NCBI RefSeq assembly: GCF_009834535.1
Contig: NC_045697.1
Span: 110,052,001-110,116,000, forward strand
Direction of reading: 5' to 3'
Length of the DNA: 64,000 nt
From: Camelus ferus
Taxonomy: Eukaryota
Part shown: positions 27,646-41,159 of the stretch, piece after piece
Layout of the letters: every line of letters starts with the position of its first letter
How positions within the stretch are numbered: position 1 is the first letter of the stretch
Notes under the pieces: model-generated
Seen by the model: only the letters and a program-made list of their open reading frames with translations
What the model was told of the DNA's origin: nothing
Database searches by the model: none
Translations under genes and position numbers: made by a program

Positions 27646-29226
27646 GTCCAGAGCCTTCTACATTCCTATTTATCTGAACAGGGAAATGGCAGCTCTAGTT
27701 TCCTGGAAACAAAATGATCTAAATATATGAAGAACGAAATTCACTGTATCCGTCCCTGCCTGAGCCCTCTTGAAATGTCTGTCACCTGAAGCACCGGCTG
27801 GGCTCTCTCCCTGTTGGGTGTACCTGGGCGTTAACGGGCGCTTCACCTTCATGTATTCCACTTGAGGGTCTAGCCCCACCCAGGAACCCGGGTGCTAAGG
27901 CACGTATGACAAGGTGCAGTGCAGCAGCGCCCCCGTGAGGGGTTCTCTGTGACCAAGGACACCCCTCGGTGGTGCTGGGATCCCCACTGAACAGGCATTG
28001 CTGGGCCGGGGTGCCAAAGACTATGAAAGAGAATGCCCTCACCTTCCTCTTAAAGTTACGGCTGAAACGGGAGTAAAGGCACAAGCCTTCTGGAGCAGGC
28101 TGGAACCTGGAGCAATCAGGCTACCATCATACAGAATTAATCTGCAAAAACAACGTAGGAAATTCTGGGGCACAGAGCTAAAACTCCATGGTCTTGTTTC
28201 CCCCAACAGAAGGGGGGTGTGTGCACCTGAACTGGACAGGAGTCACACGAAGGTGTTGCTCTATGTTCAGGTGAAGGCAGCACAGTCAGTAAAGAATGGG
28301 TGGAGGTCTCAGATCACCTGGTTCCCTGCCCCCATCCAGCCCAGAGAGCAAATCAGGAGGTGCTGGTTCCGGGCAGCAGGGTTACAAAGGCCAAAGGGAA
28401 TGTTCCTTACGCTGCTGACTGGCAGGAAGGGGGTTTTATACTCATCTCCCGTGCAGATTCCCAAGAGCTTGTGGGTGTCCTAATGTCCAGGTTCTTTAAT
28501 TCAAAGCATGAAGGGACTGGTAAACACAGGCATTCGTCCCGAAGCAGGGAGAGAGTCTACCAAGGATGGGTGGGTTTAAAGACTGAGCAAGGCCACCGTG
28601 TGAACAGATCCTCTTCTTCAGGACATGGGAGTCTTTTTCCTGAGATGGGGCTGGGCTTGAAATCAGCATATCTGTGCCTTTCACATGAGACGTCTGCAAA
28701 TCCAAACGAGGGAGGCCTCCCATGTGTCCGTGCCTCCGTGTGTGCTCGCCTGGCTGCAGCTCCACCTGGCAAATGTCTATTGGCCCTTTAAGACTAAGTG
28801 TAAATATCATTCTTCCGTGAAGACTCACACTTTCCTTCCAGGAACAGTTTATGTCTCCTCTTTGCTCTCCTGACATTAAATACACATTTCTACTGTAACA
28901 TTAATAATATGCTATGCATTTAAATTATATACTTTTGTGACTTCCCCACTAAATTATACACATTTATAAGGCCAGCCAATTTTTTTTTTTTACTCCTATT
29001 GACTCCCTGCGAGCAGGGTCCTTAGAGAAAGCAGGTGGGCACTACAGAGGAAGGAGTGAACTGAGAAACTCAAGACTTCTTTCAAACTAAGGTTCCATCC
29101 CAAGCATCAAATATTGTATGTGCCAAGAAAACATTTAAAGTTTAATTCATGTCCTGGAAAAAGGCTTTAGATATTTTGATGGACACTGGTTGAGGAGAAT
29201 TTACACACGCACAACACGCTTTTTAC

Positions 29227-29438
29227 CTGTATGATGGGATCATGGTGGAACTGTCCCTCAGACACTGACACTTGGTAAACACTTTGCTCAAAGCGTGGTG
29301 AATTGTCATTCACATCTTGGATGAAGACTGCTACTTTGCTGTAGGCTCTGTGCCTCCCACTTTGAGCTACAACAATGAGCTGAACTTCCCTTCTGACTTC
29401 AAAATCAAGAAACGTGGGTTCTTTCACAGTGAGTTCTC
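29227..29438 (-). CDS. DCHS2: DCHS2 coding exon (212 nt, phase 1/0)
   Basis: caaaatag|GAGAACTC ... ACAG|gtaaaa. Encodes GELTVKEPTFLDFE...DVNDNSPRFEQSVYQVSVSEG...PIIQ. Confidence 0.92.
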
Positions 29439-29639
29439 CTATTTTGATTTCCAGAGAGAAAAAAAAAAAAAAGAAGATGATTTTATTTTAAAAACTCCCA
29501 GATCACCTTTGATTCATATGCTCACATGCTCACCTGTCCCTCAGTGCCTCCCAGTGTCTGGAAAAAGGTGAGAAAAGGCAGATATTTACATGGGTCAAAC
29601 AGGCAGGGAAGGAAAAACCATGAAATACCTGAAATCTAC

Positions 29640-30365
29640 ATGCTCTCTCTTAAATCATCCCTCTGTCTCCAGACTTAGTCCATCACCATGTCTGCAAAGG
29701 CCACCTTTCAAATATCTCACGAATCCATCTCCGTCTTCACCCCTGCCTCCCTCCTCCGAGTATTTGGTAAATGCTTTGCTCAAAGCATGAATTATCATTC
29801 AGCTTTTCCCACTTTGTCCCTTGCATGAGTCCACTCGACCGGTCTACCCCAATCCAGTTCGAATTCCAAATTAAATAATGGAAAAAGACACCGTGACTGC
29901 CCTGAATAAAACCTTTCAATGGCTTTCACAGCTCTTATGGTAAAGCGCAGCATTTTCAGCCTCCCCGGGACCCACTTGCTCTGGCCTCCCCACCTGAGAA
30001 GTCTTGTCCTTGTCTTTCCCAACGTTGCTTTCTCTGCTCTGGTTGGGACACTCATACCCATTCTGTCTGCAAACACTCTTTCCAGAGTTCTCATGCCCGC
30101 ACTGCCATCCATCCGGAATTGTCCCCACCTTTGTGCTTCCTCAGGGCTCTTTTGAGACCCCTCAGCCCCGAAACCATCACCATGTCTGCCTCCAACAGAC
30201 TTTCCCAAAGTGCCTGCATGGCCTTTGTTCACCTATTTCTGCCGAGTAACCCCTCTTGGTTTAGAAGATTCACAAGGTGAGGAGAATGGTTACGTCTCTC
30301 ACACCATCATCTCCCCAGTGCCCAGCTCGGGGTCTGGCACATGGACGCCCCCAGTAGTATTTGTT
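29640..30365 (+). mobile_element. L2 fragment
   Basis: taaaacctttcaatggcttt...; 3' tail gtgcccagctcggggtctggcacatggacgcccccagtagtatttgtt. Confidence 0.7.
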
Positions 30366-30462
30366 ACACCTTCAGATAACAAGTAGAACCAGGTGAGGGA
30401 AACTGACCCCAGGGTTATGCCCTGCACATGTTTTTTCCCCAGATTAAGAAAATTCCTCCCCT

Positions 30463-31021
30463 TAAGGTAGGAAGGAAGGGGGTAGAACACAGCCATTAAA
30501 GGAATGACACAGCAATTAGCACCAAGTTGGCAGAGAAGTCAACTCCCAGCAGACTTGGAGCCCCAAGATGGCAGAAGACTCGACCTCCAGTGGACTGTAA
30601 GCTTCATTATGCACGTTGTAATGTACTAGCATGGTGAATGACACTCCCACAGGCACCAGGACAGTGCTGAGGCTGACCATGAAAGGTCGAAGAGAGGGTG
30701 GTGGCCCAGTTCCTGGGAATCCCAGCCCCTTCCCCAGAGTAGTTGGAATAATCCTCTCACTTGTTAGCATATGAAAACTAGCAACACCATGACTCATGGC
30801 TCTCTCTCTCTCTCTCTCTCTTTCTTGCCTTCTGAGACAGCCTACACTCTGTCTATGGAATTTGTATCTCTCTGAATAAATCTACCTTTACTCAACTATG
30901 GCTCACACTTGAATTCTTTCCTGCACAAAGCCAAGGACCCCCATTTGGTAGGGCACGTACCAGGGGCTCAACCAAGACCTGAGACACGGCCATCCTCTCG
31001 TGCCCCCATTTTCCTGTATCG
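30463..31021 (+). mobile_element. MER41-like ERV1 solo LTR (copy 1)
   Basis: Collinear homology to 56309-56890. AATAAA at 30875 is followed by ttgaattctttcctgcacaaagccaaggaccc. Termini are degenerate (TA...CG) with flanks ccct/cctt. Confidence 0.8.
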
Positions 31022-31209
31022 CCTTGATATAATTTCCTTCTCTAGTTTCTACTCTGTTTTATTTCCTCCCTTTTACAATTACATTTCTTACCGAATTTGT
31101 TATTATTATTCTACTGTCATGATTTATTTAGTTCTCACTGTCAGAAATTCCATCGAATAGAGTTTGCTGAGTGGGCACTGATTGGGAGTTTGAAAAACCT
31201 GAAGCCAAG

Positions 31210-31390
31210 CATAAATCCTAGCCCTGGCTACTTAATTTAGGTAAACTACCTGGCTCCACCACTACTAAGTTGGTCACCTGCAGTTAAGTTATTCAGGTTC
31301 CATGAGCTGACTCTCATCTTCTGTCAAACAGGAACATTAATAATGGATGGCTTCACAGGGCTGCCATGAGATGTGATGGGTGCACACTGA
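31210..31390 (+). mobile_element. MIR SINE
   Basis: aaatcctagccctggctact...ctcatcttctgtcaaacaggaacattaataa...cttcacagggctgccatgagat. Confidence 0.6.
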
Positions 31391-33849
31391 GAAAGTTTCT
31401 TTGCAGCAACATGATATAGAGTCTGGTGGTCTCCCCATGTCTCTCAACTGCTTCGTCATCAAATATAGATTTAATCCTTGCATAAACTCTGAATTTAGAA
31501 GGAGAACATTTAATAGCTATGGGCTATTACAAATTTGATCTTCTGCTGAAAGGCCCTGTACTGTTTCTGGAAATTTGGCCTGAAAGCCAGTTCTGATTGC
31601 TCTATCTGAACCAGTTTCCCTAGAAACCATCGTAGGCCAAGGAAACTTCAGACTATCATGTACTTACCTCGATGCTAATAGCAATCATGTCCTATTCTAA
31701 AATTCTGACTTTGGCATTGAGTGTTTTTTGGGGGGTGGTTATTGCTTCTATTCTGTTATTAAGAAAAAAATATTTATATTCTATAGGACGAATTCATTAT
31801 ACTACCAAATCTAAAACGTCATACATTCACTTTCATTTGTGGTCATCAGATTTACTTATCAATTCAGAAAACCAAGTTACTTTTACAGACCACAGTCTGA
31901 TATTACCAAAATTCCTGATAGAAAATTTGGAGTGGATTTAAGTATTGGGCAGCTGAAAGAATCACTATGATGCATTTTGCTGAGCTGGTAATGAAAGAAG
32001 ATGGTTTTCAGAAATCTCCGGAACAGGGGCTGAGCCTACCCCTCTCCCCTACAAAATGGCAGAGAAGCCCCAGTCCGAGGTGGGTCCAGAGCGCTCATCT
32101 GGAGCTGTGTCTCCACCAAACAGGGCCTTCAGCTTGCTATCGTGATCTGCTGCTGGTAGTAAAGGGGAAATAAAATCTAAATGCAGCACTGAATTGCCAG
32201 TGTCACTTAGTAGAAAGTGTGCCAATTATAGTGCTGATCAAAGAGGATTTTTTTAATAAAAGGCTTGTGTTTAGGCTTTGATAATTGGAATTTTGCACTT
32301 GGACAGGGTCTGCAGTTCTAATGCTTTCCTTGTGTGGCTTTTATTTTTGGCATAATAACTGGCATATGCTGTGGGAGCTGTGCAAGTAGAAAAGACAATA
32401 GCCAGCCTGTGAGATGATTCGAGGCTGGCCCACCTACCAGGTCCACATTTTGCTTTGCATGATGTATGTATGTTTTTCTCAGAGACATCGAAGATTTACT
32501 GTCACCAGTGAGATGAAAGTACCACTGGGCTCTGTCTAATGGTCTGGGCAGAAGTCCATGATTTCCTTAGAGTAAGCGCCTCAAAGATACCAACGTTTTG
32601 CTCCTTCTGATACGCTAGTGCGCCAGATATATAACTTGGGAATAAAACTGTAGTAATATTTTCCTTCTGATATATGTACATGTATAGCTTTTGTCCAAGT
32701 TATAAAATACACATCAAAATGAGATTAAGATTCTTCAAATGCTAAATGCTTGATAGCATAATCAGGTTCCTTCAGTCAGTTACAAACGGTGCACATGCAT
32801 ATATATATACACACCCAAAGCAGAATGTGATAAATATTTATGTTATCCAAAAGCTTTTAAACTCTCTCCTCTAAAGCTACATCCTTGAAACATTGAAAGT
32901 TTGATCATTTTGTTTTACGTCAATCTACCAAATAATGGAATGAATGCTACCATCTGTTATTTACATAAACGATGTTTGTCAAACTCCAAAATTCTTTCTG
33001 GTTTAAACAGTGAGTAGTAGATGTTTTTAAGTTACAGTGGCATGAAATTTGGATGCAAACGTAAACCCTTCATTTGTGACTAGGGAACAGAGGGCAAACT
33101 CGAGCACAACTGGACAGAAAACACAGTTCTCATCAGAGAGCCCTTTAATCATAATTTATTAAATCAATAACTAATTTTTTTTTACATTTTTATCCTAAGT
33201 GAAAGTGATAACATTAGAGATCAACTTTACTGATTTATCATAATACCAGTTTTCTATTTTAACTGGAAAATGTTTTAAAATATATACCTCAATAAAACCT
33301 ATATTAGACACTTTTAGACACAGTTTAATGAGGCAAAGGGGGCATGAAAGATAAATTTAATACTGTAATTAAAGGTTTTTAGAAATGTTTCTTGAGAGAA
33401 GTATGATAAACTATATACTGGAATAATCCTTATGATAAAAGCAACTAAAATGCTTGCTAAATTGTGTGTCTCTGTGTGTTGAAATGCATTATTGTGTTGG
33501 TACAGTAGTAAGGACTCCTCAGAGGACAGAAAAAAATAAATGAAAACAGTAATCCAGGGAGAAAGCAAGCACTGAAAACTTGTTTTTGTTCTAAGGGTTT
33601 CTAACATAACCTTCTTCCTTGACATTCACCACTGACAGCTGCACAGGGTGTGGGAAACAAGGGAAGAAGCCTGAACCTCCAAAAGGTAAAGGGTCCAGTA
33701 GGAAAACCAGAATAAAGCTGCAAATCTAAAGGCTTCGTATGCTCCAAATGAGTGGCCAGTATTAAATAAAAACAAAAACAAATGAAAAATGGATGCACAA
33801 AACTTTGCTTTTCTTCCCCTTGATGTTGGTTGAAAAGGAGAAACAAGTC

Positions 33850-36800
33850 TCTGCTGAGAATTCATTAGCTTAACCTGAATTTGTGGTAGCCACACTAACA
33901 AATCCTCTCTTAAGGGCACAAATTCAACCCAGGCTTCAAAGATTCCTCAAAAAAAAAGTTTCAAGGACAAGAGTGGCTCATAGTTAACAAGCACAAAAAT
34001 CACACAGAAGCAAGGCACCATGAATGACAGCCAGCAAATCCATAGACAGCAGAATAAATCTTCAAAGACGTTAAGATGTAGAGATTACTGGACACAGAAT
34101 GTTCAATTTGTGTATATATATATATATATATATACAAATATATACATGTATATATATATATACATGTATAAAAAAAGAAGGTTGGAAACATGAGCAAGGA
34201 ACAAGAAATTACTTTTTAAAAAGACCAAGAAGAGTTGAAAATGAACCCAAAAGAACTTCTGGAAATGAAAAATATAGTTCCTTACGCTGAAGAGAAGAGG
34301 CAAATGGAGATAAAAAATATCCAAAAGAGGTGTGGGAGAGAGTGATATGGCCCCAATATTTGTCTAACTAAAGTTCCAAAAAAAGATACAAATAAATGGT
34401 ATTTAGATCAACAGCTGACTTCTTCATGCAAAAATTCGAAACCAGAAGACAGTAGGGTAATACCTTAAATATGATAAGAGAAAATAACTGCGAATTAGGA
34501 ATTCTAAGTGCAATAAAAATATCTCTCAATTAAAGAGATGAATTAAATAAAATTTAATTAAAGATGTTTTTAGACAACCAAAATCTGAGAGAGCTTACTA
34601 CAACAGACACACCAAAGGATGTACTTCAGGTAGAAATAAGATGATACCAGAGCAAAATCTGAAATGTAAGAAAGAACAATGAGCGAAGAGAGTAACAAAG
34701 AGGTCGATGAATCTATTTAAAAATATTAGTAATGCTTAACTTGAAAGAACTCAAATTGTGGTTAAGAAAAGTTTTTAAATTAAAAAAGGGATAGTAGGAG
34801 ATAAAGAATTCTAAGTCTCATGTGTTATTTAGAAGCAGGACATTGATTAATGCGAGGCTTTAACTGTGTATGTTAAAATAGCTAGGCTAACCTCTAAAAA
34901 AGAGAAAAAGCTACATAACTTCCAACAAACATAGGAGAAAATGGTAATTTTCAATGACTGTGTATGTTGAATGTACAGAAAAATATCAGAATCAGGCTTT
35001 CTAGACACAAAATCAAAATATAAAAGCCAATTTCAGGTATATATCCTAATAACGTCAGAAAAAGTATTTTTAAAATTTACCTCAGCAAGAAAAAGTATAA
35101 AATACTTAGGCTAAATCTAGTAAGAAAAATGCAAGCCTGCTACAGAAAGAAAATAAAAACTTTATTAAAAATATTAAAGAATATGTGTGACTGAAGCATT
35201 AAGCTGTACACCAGAAATGGACACAACATTGTAAACTGACTATACTTCTATTAAAAAATCAATCAATAATTCTTTTAAAAAATTGAAGAAAAAAATTGGT
35301 GTGATTTTCTGTATTATGCCTGGATTAGAAGACAATACTGTAAAGATACACATTTCCCCCAAACTGATGCTCAGAATTAATATAATTCCAGTAAAAAATC
35401 TCAACAACCTAAAGGTCCATCAATGGATGAACGGATAAAGAAAATGTGGTTTATACCTACAGTGGTAGATTATTCAACCTTAACAAATAGCATCCTGCCA
35501 TACATGACAATGTGAATGAACCTTGATATTATGCTTAGTGAAATAAGCCAGCCACAGAAAGAAAAATATTACTTGATTCCAGTTTGATGAAGTATCTGAA
35601 ATAGTCAAACTCAGAAGCAGAGAGTAGAATGGTGGTTGCCAGGGGCACAGGGAGGGTGAAACGGGAGCTGGTCTTTAGTGGAAAACGAAGATTCAGTTAG
35701 ACAAGATGAGTGAGTCCTAGAGATCCACTCTACAACATCGTGTCTGTAGTTAACAATGCAGTTTTGTGCACTTAAAAATATGCTAAGAGAGTAGATCGCA
35801 TGTTAAATTTTCTTACTATATATATTTTTTAAAAAGTCAATCAAGAAAAGTTCTAGTAGATGATGATTATCTACAATGCACAGCTACACAGGGCTTTGTG
35901 AGATTTCAAAAGGAGGACATTTTGGCCTGATGATTAAGTTACTTAAATTCGAGATTGGAGCTATATGATTTTTTTGTTTTACATTCTCTTTGTTAATTTG
36001 GGTGAGGTTTCACCTGGAAATAAATGTGCATGCCATGGCTATGTGGGTTACACGCACGAAGGCGTGAAGAGCTATATATCACCTCCAGGTTCATGAATAG
36101 ACCTCCTACCCGTGGAAAAACAATCCCAATAGGAGTGAGTGTGTGTGTGTGTGTGCGTGTGTGAGAGAGAGAGAGACAGAAAGACTTAACAGGTGGATAT
36201 AACGCTTTCCATTAGAGCAAACAGCCAGTAGCAGCTAAAATACTCATGAAAAAGAACATGAAAATGGGTTAAATATTGGAGGGGGTGCTGCTTCCCTGGT
36301 ATGAAGACTTATAAAGCCAACATAATTAAGCCAATGTGGTGTTGGTGTGTGAACAGACAAAAAGATGAATGGAAGAGAGTTGAGAGCCCAGTAGAGTCAC
36401 GGAAACATGACATATGACATGGTAGTACTGTAGGTCACAAGGGAAGGTTATTGGAAAAGCTGGCAATCCTGGTTGAAAAAAAGAAAAAAGAAAGAAAAAG
36501 GAAAGGAGAGGTAAAAAGAAAAGTTATCTCTAACTCATGTAAAATACGAAAATCAATTCTAGATGCACTAAAGATGTAAATGTGAAACACAGGAAAACTA
36601 TACAATTTTTTGAAGACAATGGAAGAATATCTTCATGATCTCAGGGTAGGGAAGAATTTCTTAAACAACTTATAAAAAAGGCAAATCATAAAAGTAAAAG
36701 ATTGATTACTTCCAACATTAAAATCAGAAAATGCCATTAAAAGAGTAAAAGACAAGTCATAAATTATATAAAAAAAGATTTGTAACAAAGAAAAGGATAA

Positions 36801-38030
36801 ATACTAATAAAATATGTTAAAAATTCTTGCATTTCAGAAACAAAAACACAAACAACCTAGCAGAAAAACAGGCAAAAGATATCAATATGCATTTCACATA
36901 GAAGAAAACAGAAACAGTTGATAAAGTATTAAAAAAAAATGCTCAAATACATTACTAATAAGGGAAATGTAAGTTGCAAGCACAGTGGGATACCATTTCA
37001 TGCCCACCAGACTGGCCACAGAATGTAGGACTTGAACAACGATGCTGGTGGGATGTAAAATTGGACAGACCACTTCATAACACAATTTGGCACTATCTGC
37101 AAAGCTGAACGTAGGCATACTCTGATGTATATGCCCAGCCTACACTCTAGGGCCCAGAGAATGGCTTCCATGTGCACCAGAAGACGAGATTGTTCATTAC
37201 ACCCCCAGACAGGGAAACCTCACTGTGCATCAACAGTAGGATCGATAAACAATGTGATACAGACTTACAACAGAATACTATCAAGAAATAAAAATGAAAG
37301 AACCCCAACTACACACATTAACAGGGATGATTCTAACTTTGAATAAAAAAAATTAATTTTTATAGTACAGAGAGTATGAATCCATTCGTATACATTCAAA
37401 AATAAGCAAAATCAAACAGTTTTATTGTGTAGGAATGCATTTACTGTAAGTCACCAGGGAACGATTATCCCTGAAATCTGGGCATTATTCAGCCTGGAGC
37501 GGTGGAGAGAAGAGATGCAATCAGAAAAGGGCACAAAGGGAGCACTGATGATGGTAGTCGTGTTCTATTTTAAAACCTTGGCACAAGGTACCTATTCTTT
37601 GTCATTCCTCTTCAATGTGGTCATAATGGCTTCTACACGATACATCACAGTAAAAATGTTGCACAAAAGAATCAAGTCATAAAAGAGTTCATTCAGCATG
37701 ATTCTACCCTGATGTTTAAATCAAAGTAAAACTAAGTAACACACTGTTTAGGGGTTCAAACATGGTGGGAAAATTCTAATGAAGGAAAAAGGGTAGTGAT
37801 CAATACCAAATTCAGATGACATTTACCGATTAACTTTGTGGGGTGAGATGAAAGACACGTGAGAGGGAAGGGACACTGGGACTTCCTGAGCTTCTAGTAA
37901 TGTCTCATCTCAAGGTGGGTAGCAAAGACACGAGTTTTTTTTATTTTACTATTGTCCATTAAACAGTTTAAAATGTCATAACAGATTCATATCATCTTGT
38001 GGAGATTTCACAATAAAATTCTGAAATACA
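33850..38030 (+). mobile_element. Ancient fragmented L1 (L1ME/MC-type; ORF1-ORF2-3' UTR remnants) with nested younger L1 tails at ~35182-35260 and ~35403-35830
   Basis: A-rich L1 words in order (caacagctgacttct, gaattaggaattcta, ttcatgatctcagggtagggaagaatttcttaaaca, gataccatttcatgcccaccagactggc). Includes a (TA)n tract at 34111-34170 and (GT)(GA)n at 36135-36180. Confidence 0.75.
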
Positions 38031-39212
38031 TTTCGACTTAAATAAATAACTACTTACTTGAAAATTAAAGAGTTTTCTATGGATGGCCTCCTTGAACTAA
38101 TCCCAGGGATATTTTATCTGCATTTTAATGAGAGACTCTAGAAAAAAATAAGGCTAAGCCTGGGCCATGTGAGGAGTGAGGTGGCAGAAGGATTTGGGTG
38201 ACCTGGGAAAATGTGCAAACTCTGATTTTCAACTTCTTCCTGAACATTCTAATCTCAGCTCCTTTCCCAGAACCCTCAGACACCTGGACTTAAGAAATTT
38301 GAGAAACTTAAGGCTTGCTGATATTTGCAAGTGGCCCTCTTGCCCAGAAAGTTTCTACACCACCCTTTTACCAAATGATGGGTTGAATAGATGAAGACTT
38401 CTAGCAGGAGACCTCAGAGAGCTTTCTGAGCGAAGGCTGCGTGGACCAAAAAGTTCCAACACTACCCTGGACAAGAAGGCATTTGCCTAAAAATTACCCC
38501 CTCTCAATTCTTCCACATGCACGTAGTACAGATTAAATAAGAGTTGTATGGTAATACAGAAATTATTTAAAACATTCTTCTTGAGGTTTGACAATGAAGC
38601 AGTAGAGATACGTATCTACTACATAGCTTTTAGTAAAAAAAAAAAAAGTATGTTTCAAATAATCCATTGGTATTCATTTAAAGCACAATAATGGTCTTAT
38701 TAAAGCTAAATTCAATACATGCTGTATTTGGAAGTAATTTCTTTACCACCACATAGAAACCTTCCCAGTTGTCCTTTTTTTGTTGCATTGTTGACATTCA
38801 GTGGCGAATGAGAAGAATCTCTGATGAAAATTTCCTAAGGCTAGACACGTGTGCTTATTTTCAGTTCAAATTTGTTCTCACTGGTGTCCCCACTACAATC
38901 TCTGAGTCTCCCAAATGGGTAGGTAAGTTATAATTAGGCACCAATTTATCTTCAGATTCAGGAAGGGTAGGATAGAGATGGTTTAATTTGGAAGTGTGAA
39001 GAATAAAAGTTTCAGGGAGTCCATGTAAACAAATAGTTCTTGATTTCCTTATCGGCCACCCTGAAAAACTCTTTCTTGTTTGCCTTTTAAATTATTTACC
39101 TCTAACAATTTTTATCATTTAAAAATTTTGAGTTTTCACCGCAGAATTACATCTTACTAGTAGCATTAAGTGGAGCAGAAAATATATCTATTACAGGGTA
39201 GAGAAGGATTAC

Positions 39213-39326
39213 CTGAGTTGGAGCACAGGGCAAAAATTCCATCTTCATTCCCACTAAAAACTGAATATTTAATGGTGTCCCGAATTGAGTCAGGAACAAA
39301 AGCTTTTATAGTCACAATAGAAGTTC
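39213..39326 (-). CDS. DCHS2: DCHS2 coding exon (114 nt, phase 1/1)
   Basis: tttttacag|GAACTTCT ... TCAG|gtaatc. Encodes GTSIVTIKAFVPDSIRDTIKYSVFSGNEDGIFALCSNS, continuing ENCEA|G from the previous exon. Confidence 0.92.
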
Positions 39327-39429
39327 CTGTAAAAATTAGGTAAAAAAAAAAGAACGTTAGGAAAAGAAAACTCGGAAAAACAAGAGCAAACACTGGGTGG
39401 TTATTATTTGCCTACTGTATTTTCACTTG

Positions 39430-40240
39430 CCCGTTCAGTCAGTGATTACTTACTGAGAGTCTTCAATAAGCCAGATGCTACGCTAGATGCTGGAGACATA
39501 GCGACAAACAAGATAGGAAAGATCTCTGTCTCCTTGTTGGTTATAAACTGGTGGGAGGAGAGGAACGATAAACCATTAAAGACACACACAATAGAGTAGA
39601 ATTCAGATGTGCTAAGTTGCCTGCAAAGAATTAAACAAAGTTATTTGATAGAAAATACATCTTCTGGGGAGGAAGAGGAGGCCCCTTTGAAGAGGCCGCA
39701 GAGGAACAACATTACAGTTGAACTTTGAAGCCTGAGGAGCCATAGAAAGAGCTGGAAGAAAAGGCTTCAACAGCGACACAGAGGCCCCGGGCTGGGAAAG
39801 GGCTGGGTTTGATGGGGCACAGTGAGCAGGGGGAGGTGTGGAAGGTGACCATAGCGTCTAGTGGGCAGGGATCAGATTTGACTCTAAGTGCAATGGGAAG
39901 ACATGAGAGCATTTTAAGAAAATCAGTAAAATAATTTGATTTACCTTTAAAAGCCATGTATCGGATTGCTGCCTGGACAACAAAGAGGGGCAAGAATGGA
40001 AAAGAGAGGCTGATTAAGCTAATACTGCCATAGTCCATGCAAGAGACAATAACCTTGGATTGGGGGGAACGGAGGAGGGGATAAAAAGACAGGGACAAAT
40101 TGCAGACATATTTTAACACATTTCCCTGAGCTTTGCATGGGATGTGAGAAAAGAAGTAAAGAGAGTATAAACATAAGAAATCTTCCTTCAGCCAGTTTCC
40201 AGTAGAGTTGTAGGTAAAAGCAACCCAACTAGAGAGTAAC
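39430..40240 (-). mobile_element. L2 fragment
   Basis: tacttactgagagtc...aagccagatgctacgctagatgctggagacatagcgacaaacaagata is the reverse complement of the L2 3' end. Confidence 0.8.
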
Positions 40241-40313
40241 CAAGGTCTTAACTGCATGATACAGATTCATTCAAGAATTTTTAAGATAAGGAAGGAGCAG
40301 TCAAGAGATAACT

Positions 40314-40458
40314 AAGATCTTGTGGGAGCTCACAGTGAAAAAGAATGTGACAATGAATATATGTATGTTTATGTATAACTGAAAAATTGTGCTCCACACT
40401 GGAACTGACACAACATTGTAAACTGACTATAATTCTATAAAAAAAAATGTAAAAAAAA
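40314..40458 (+). mobile_element. Young L1 3' tail with poly(A) and TSD
   Basis: TSD aagagataact (40303-40313) / aagaaataact (40459-40469). Same family as 19740 and 42130. Confidence 0.9.
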
Positions 40459-40777
40459 AAGAAATAACTTTAAGGAAAAAACAGACACTGATTTAGGATA
40501 GGAATTGGAAGAAACAAGGAAGTCATTTCAGGTTATAGGGATCAGACTGACGACCATGGTAAGAGAAGAAATGACTGAGAGAAGTAATAAGACGATTGAT
40601 GTGATTAGAACCAGGATTCCACTGGAAAGGTTTTCAAGAATCCACCTGGGCCCCAGGTTAGCACTTTGTCATCTTCGTTTATAATATCTTATCCCCTTTG
40701 CTGCTCACTTCTTCGCTTCCTGTCTTGGGTGCCCATTTGTCTCCCTCCTATCACTGCCTGTCCTGTTTTCTTAAGTA

Positions 40778-41110
40778 TTTTTATTTCATCAAACTTATTA
40801 AGGTAAAATTTACCTACCATAATATACACATATTTTAAGTACACAGTTCTGTGAGTTTTGACAACTATATACCCCTGTGTAGCCACCCCCAAGATCAAGA
40901 TGCAGAATATTTCTGTTACTTCAAAAAGTTCTCTTCGACCCTTTTGCAGGCAGTTTTCTCTCACTTCTGGACCCAGGCAATAACTGATCTACTTTATATA
41001 ACTTTAGATGAGTTTTGCCTCTAAAATTTTAGACATATGCAAATCAACAGTATCTGGCCTCTTTTGCTCAGCATAAAAAATTGTAACTCTGTGTATCAAG
41101 AATTTATTCT
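40778..41110 (-). mobile_element. Old L1 3' end (L1MC/ME-type)
   Basis: atatacacatattttaagtacacagttctgtgagttttgacaac...caagatcaagatgcagaatatttc. Confidence 0.75.
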
Positions 41111-41159
41111 ATTTGTCTTTTTTTTTTTAATAAATAAGTTCATTTGTCTTTTCTTCAAG

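Noticed and set aside
27782..28885. Cluster of overlapping 100-163-aa ORFs as a nested gene
   Set aside because: There is no recognisable domain, ORFs occur on both strands, and such lengths are expected by chance in a GC-richer patch.
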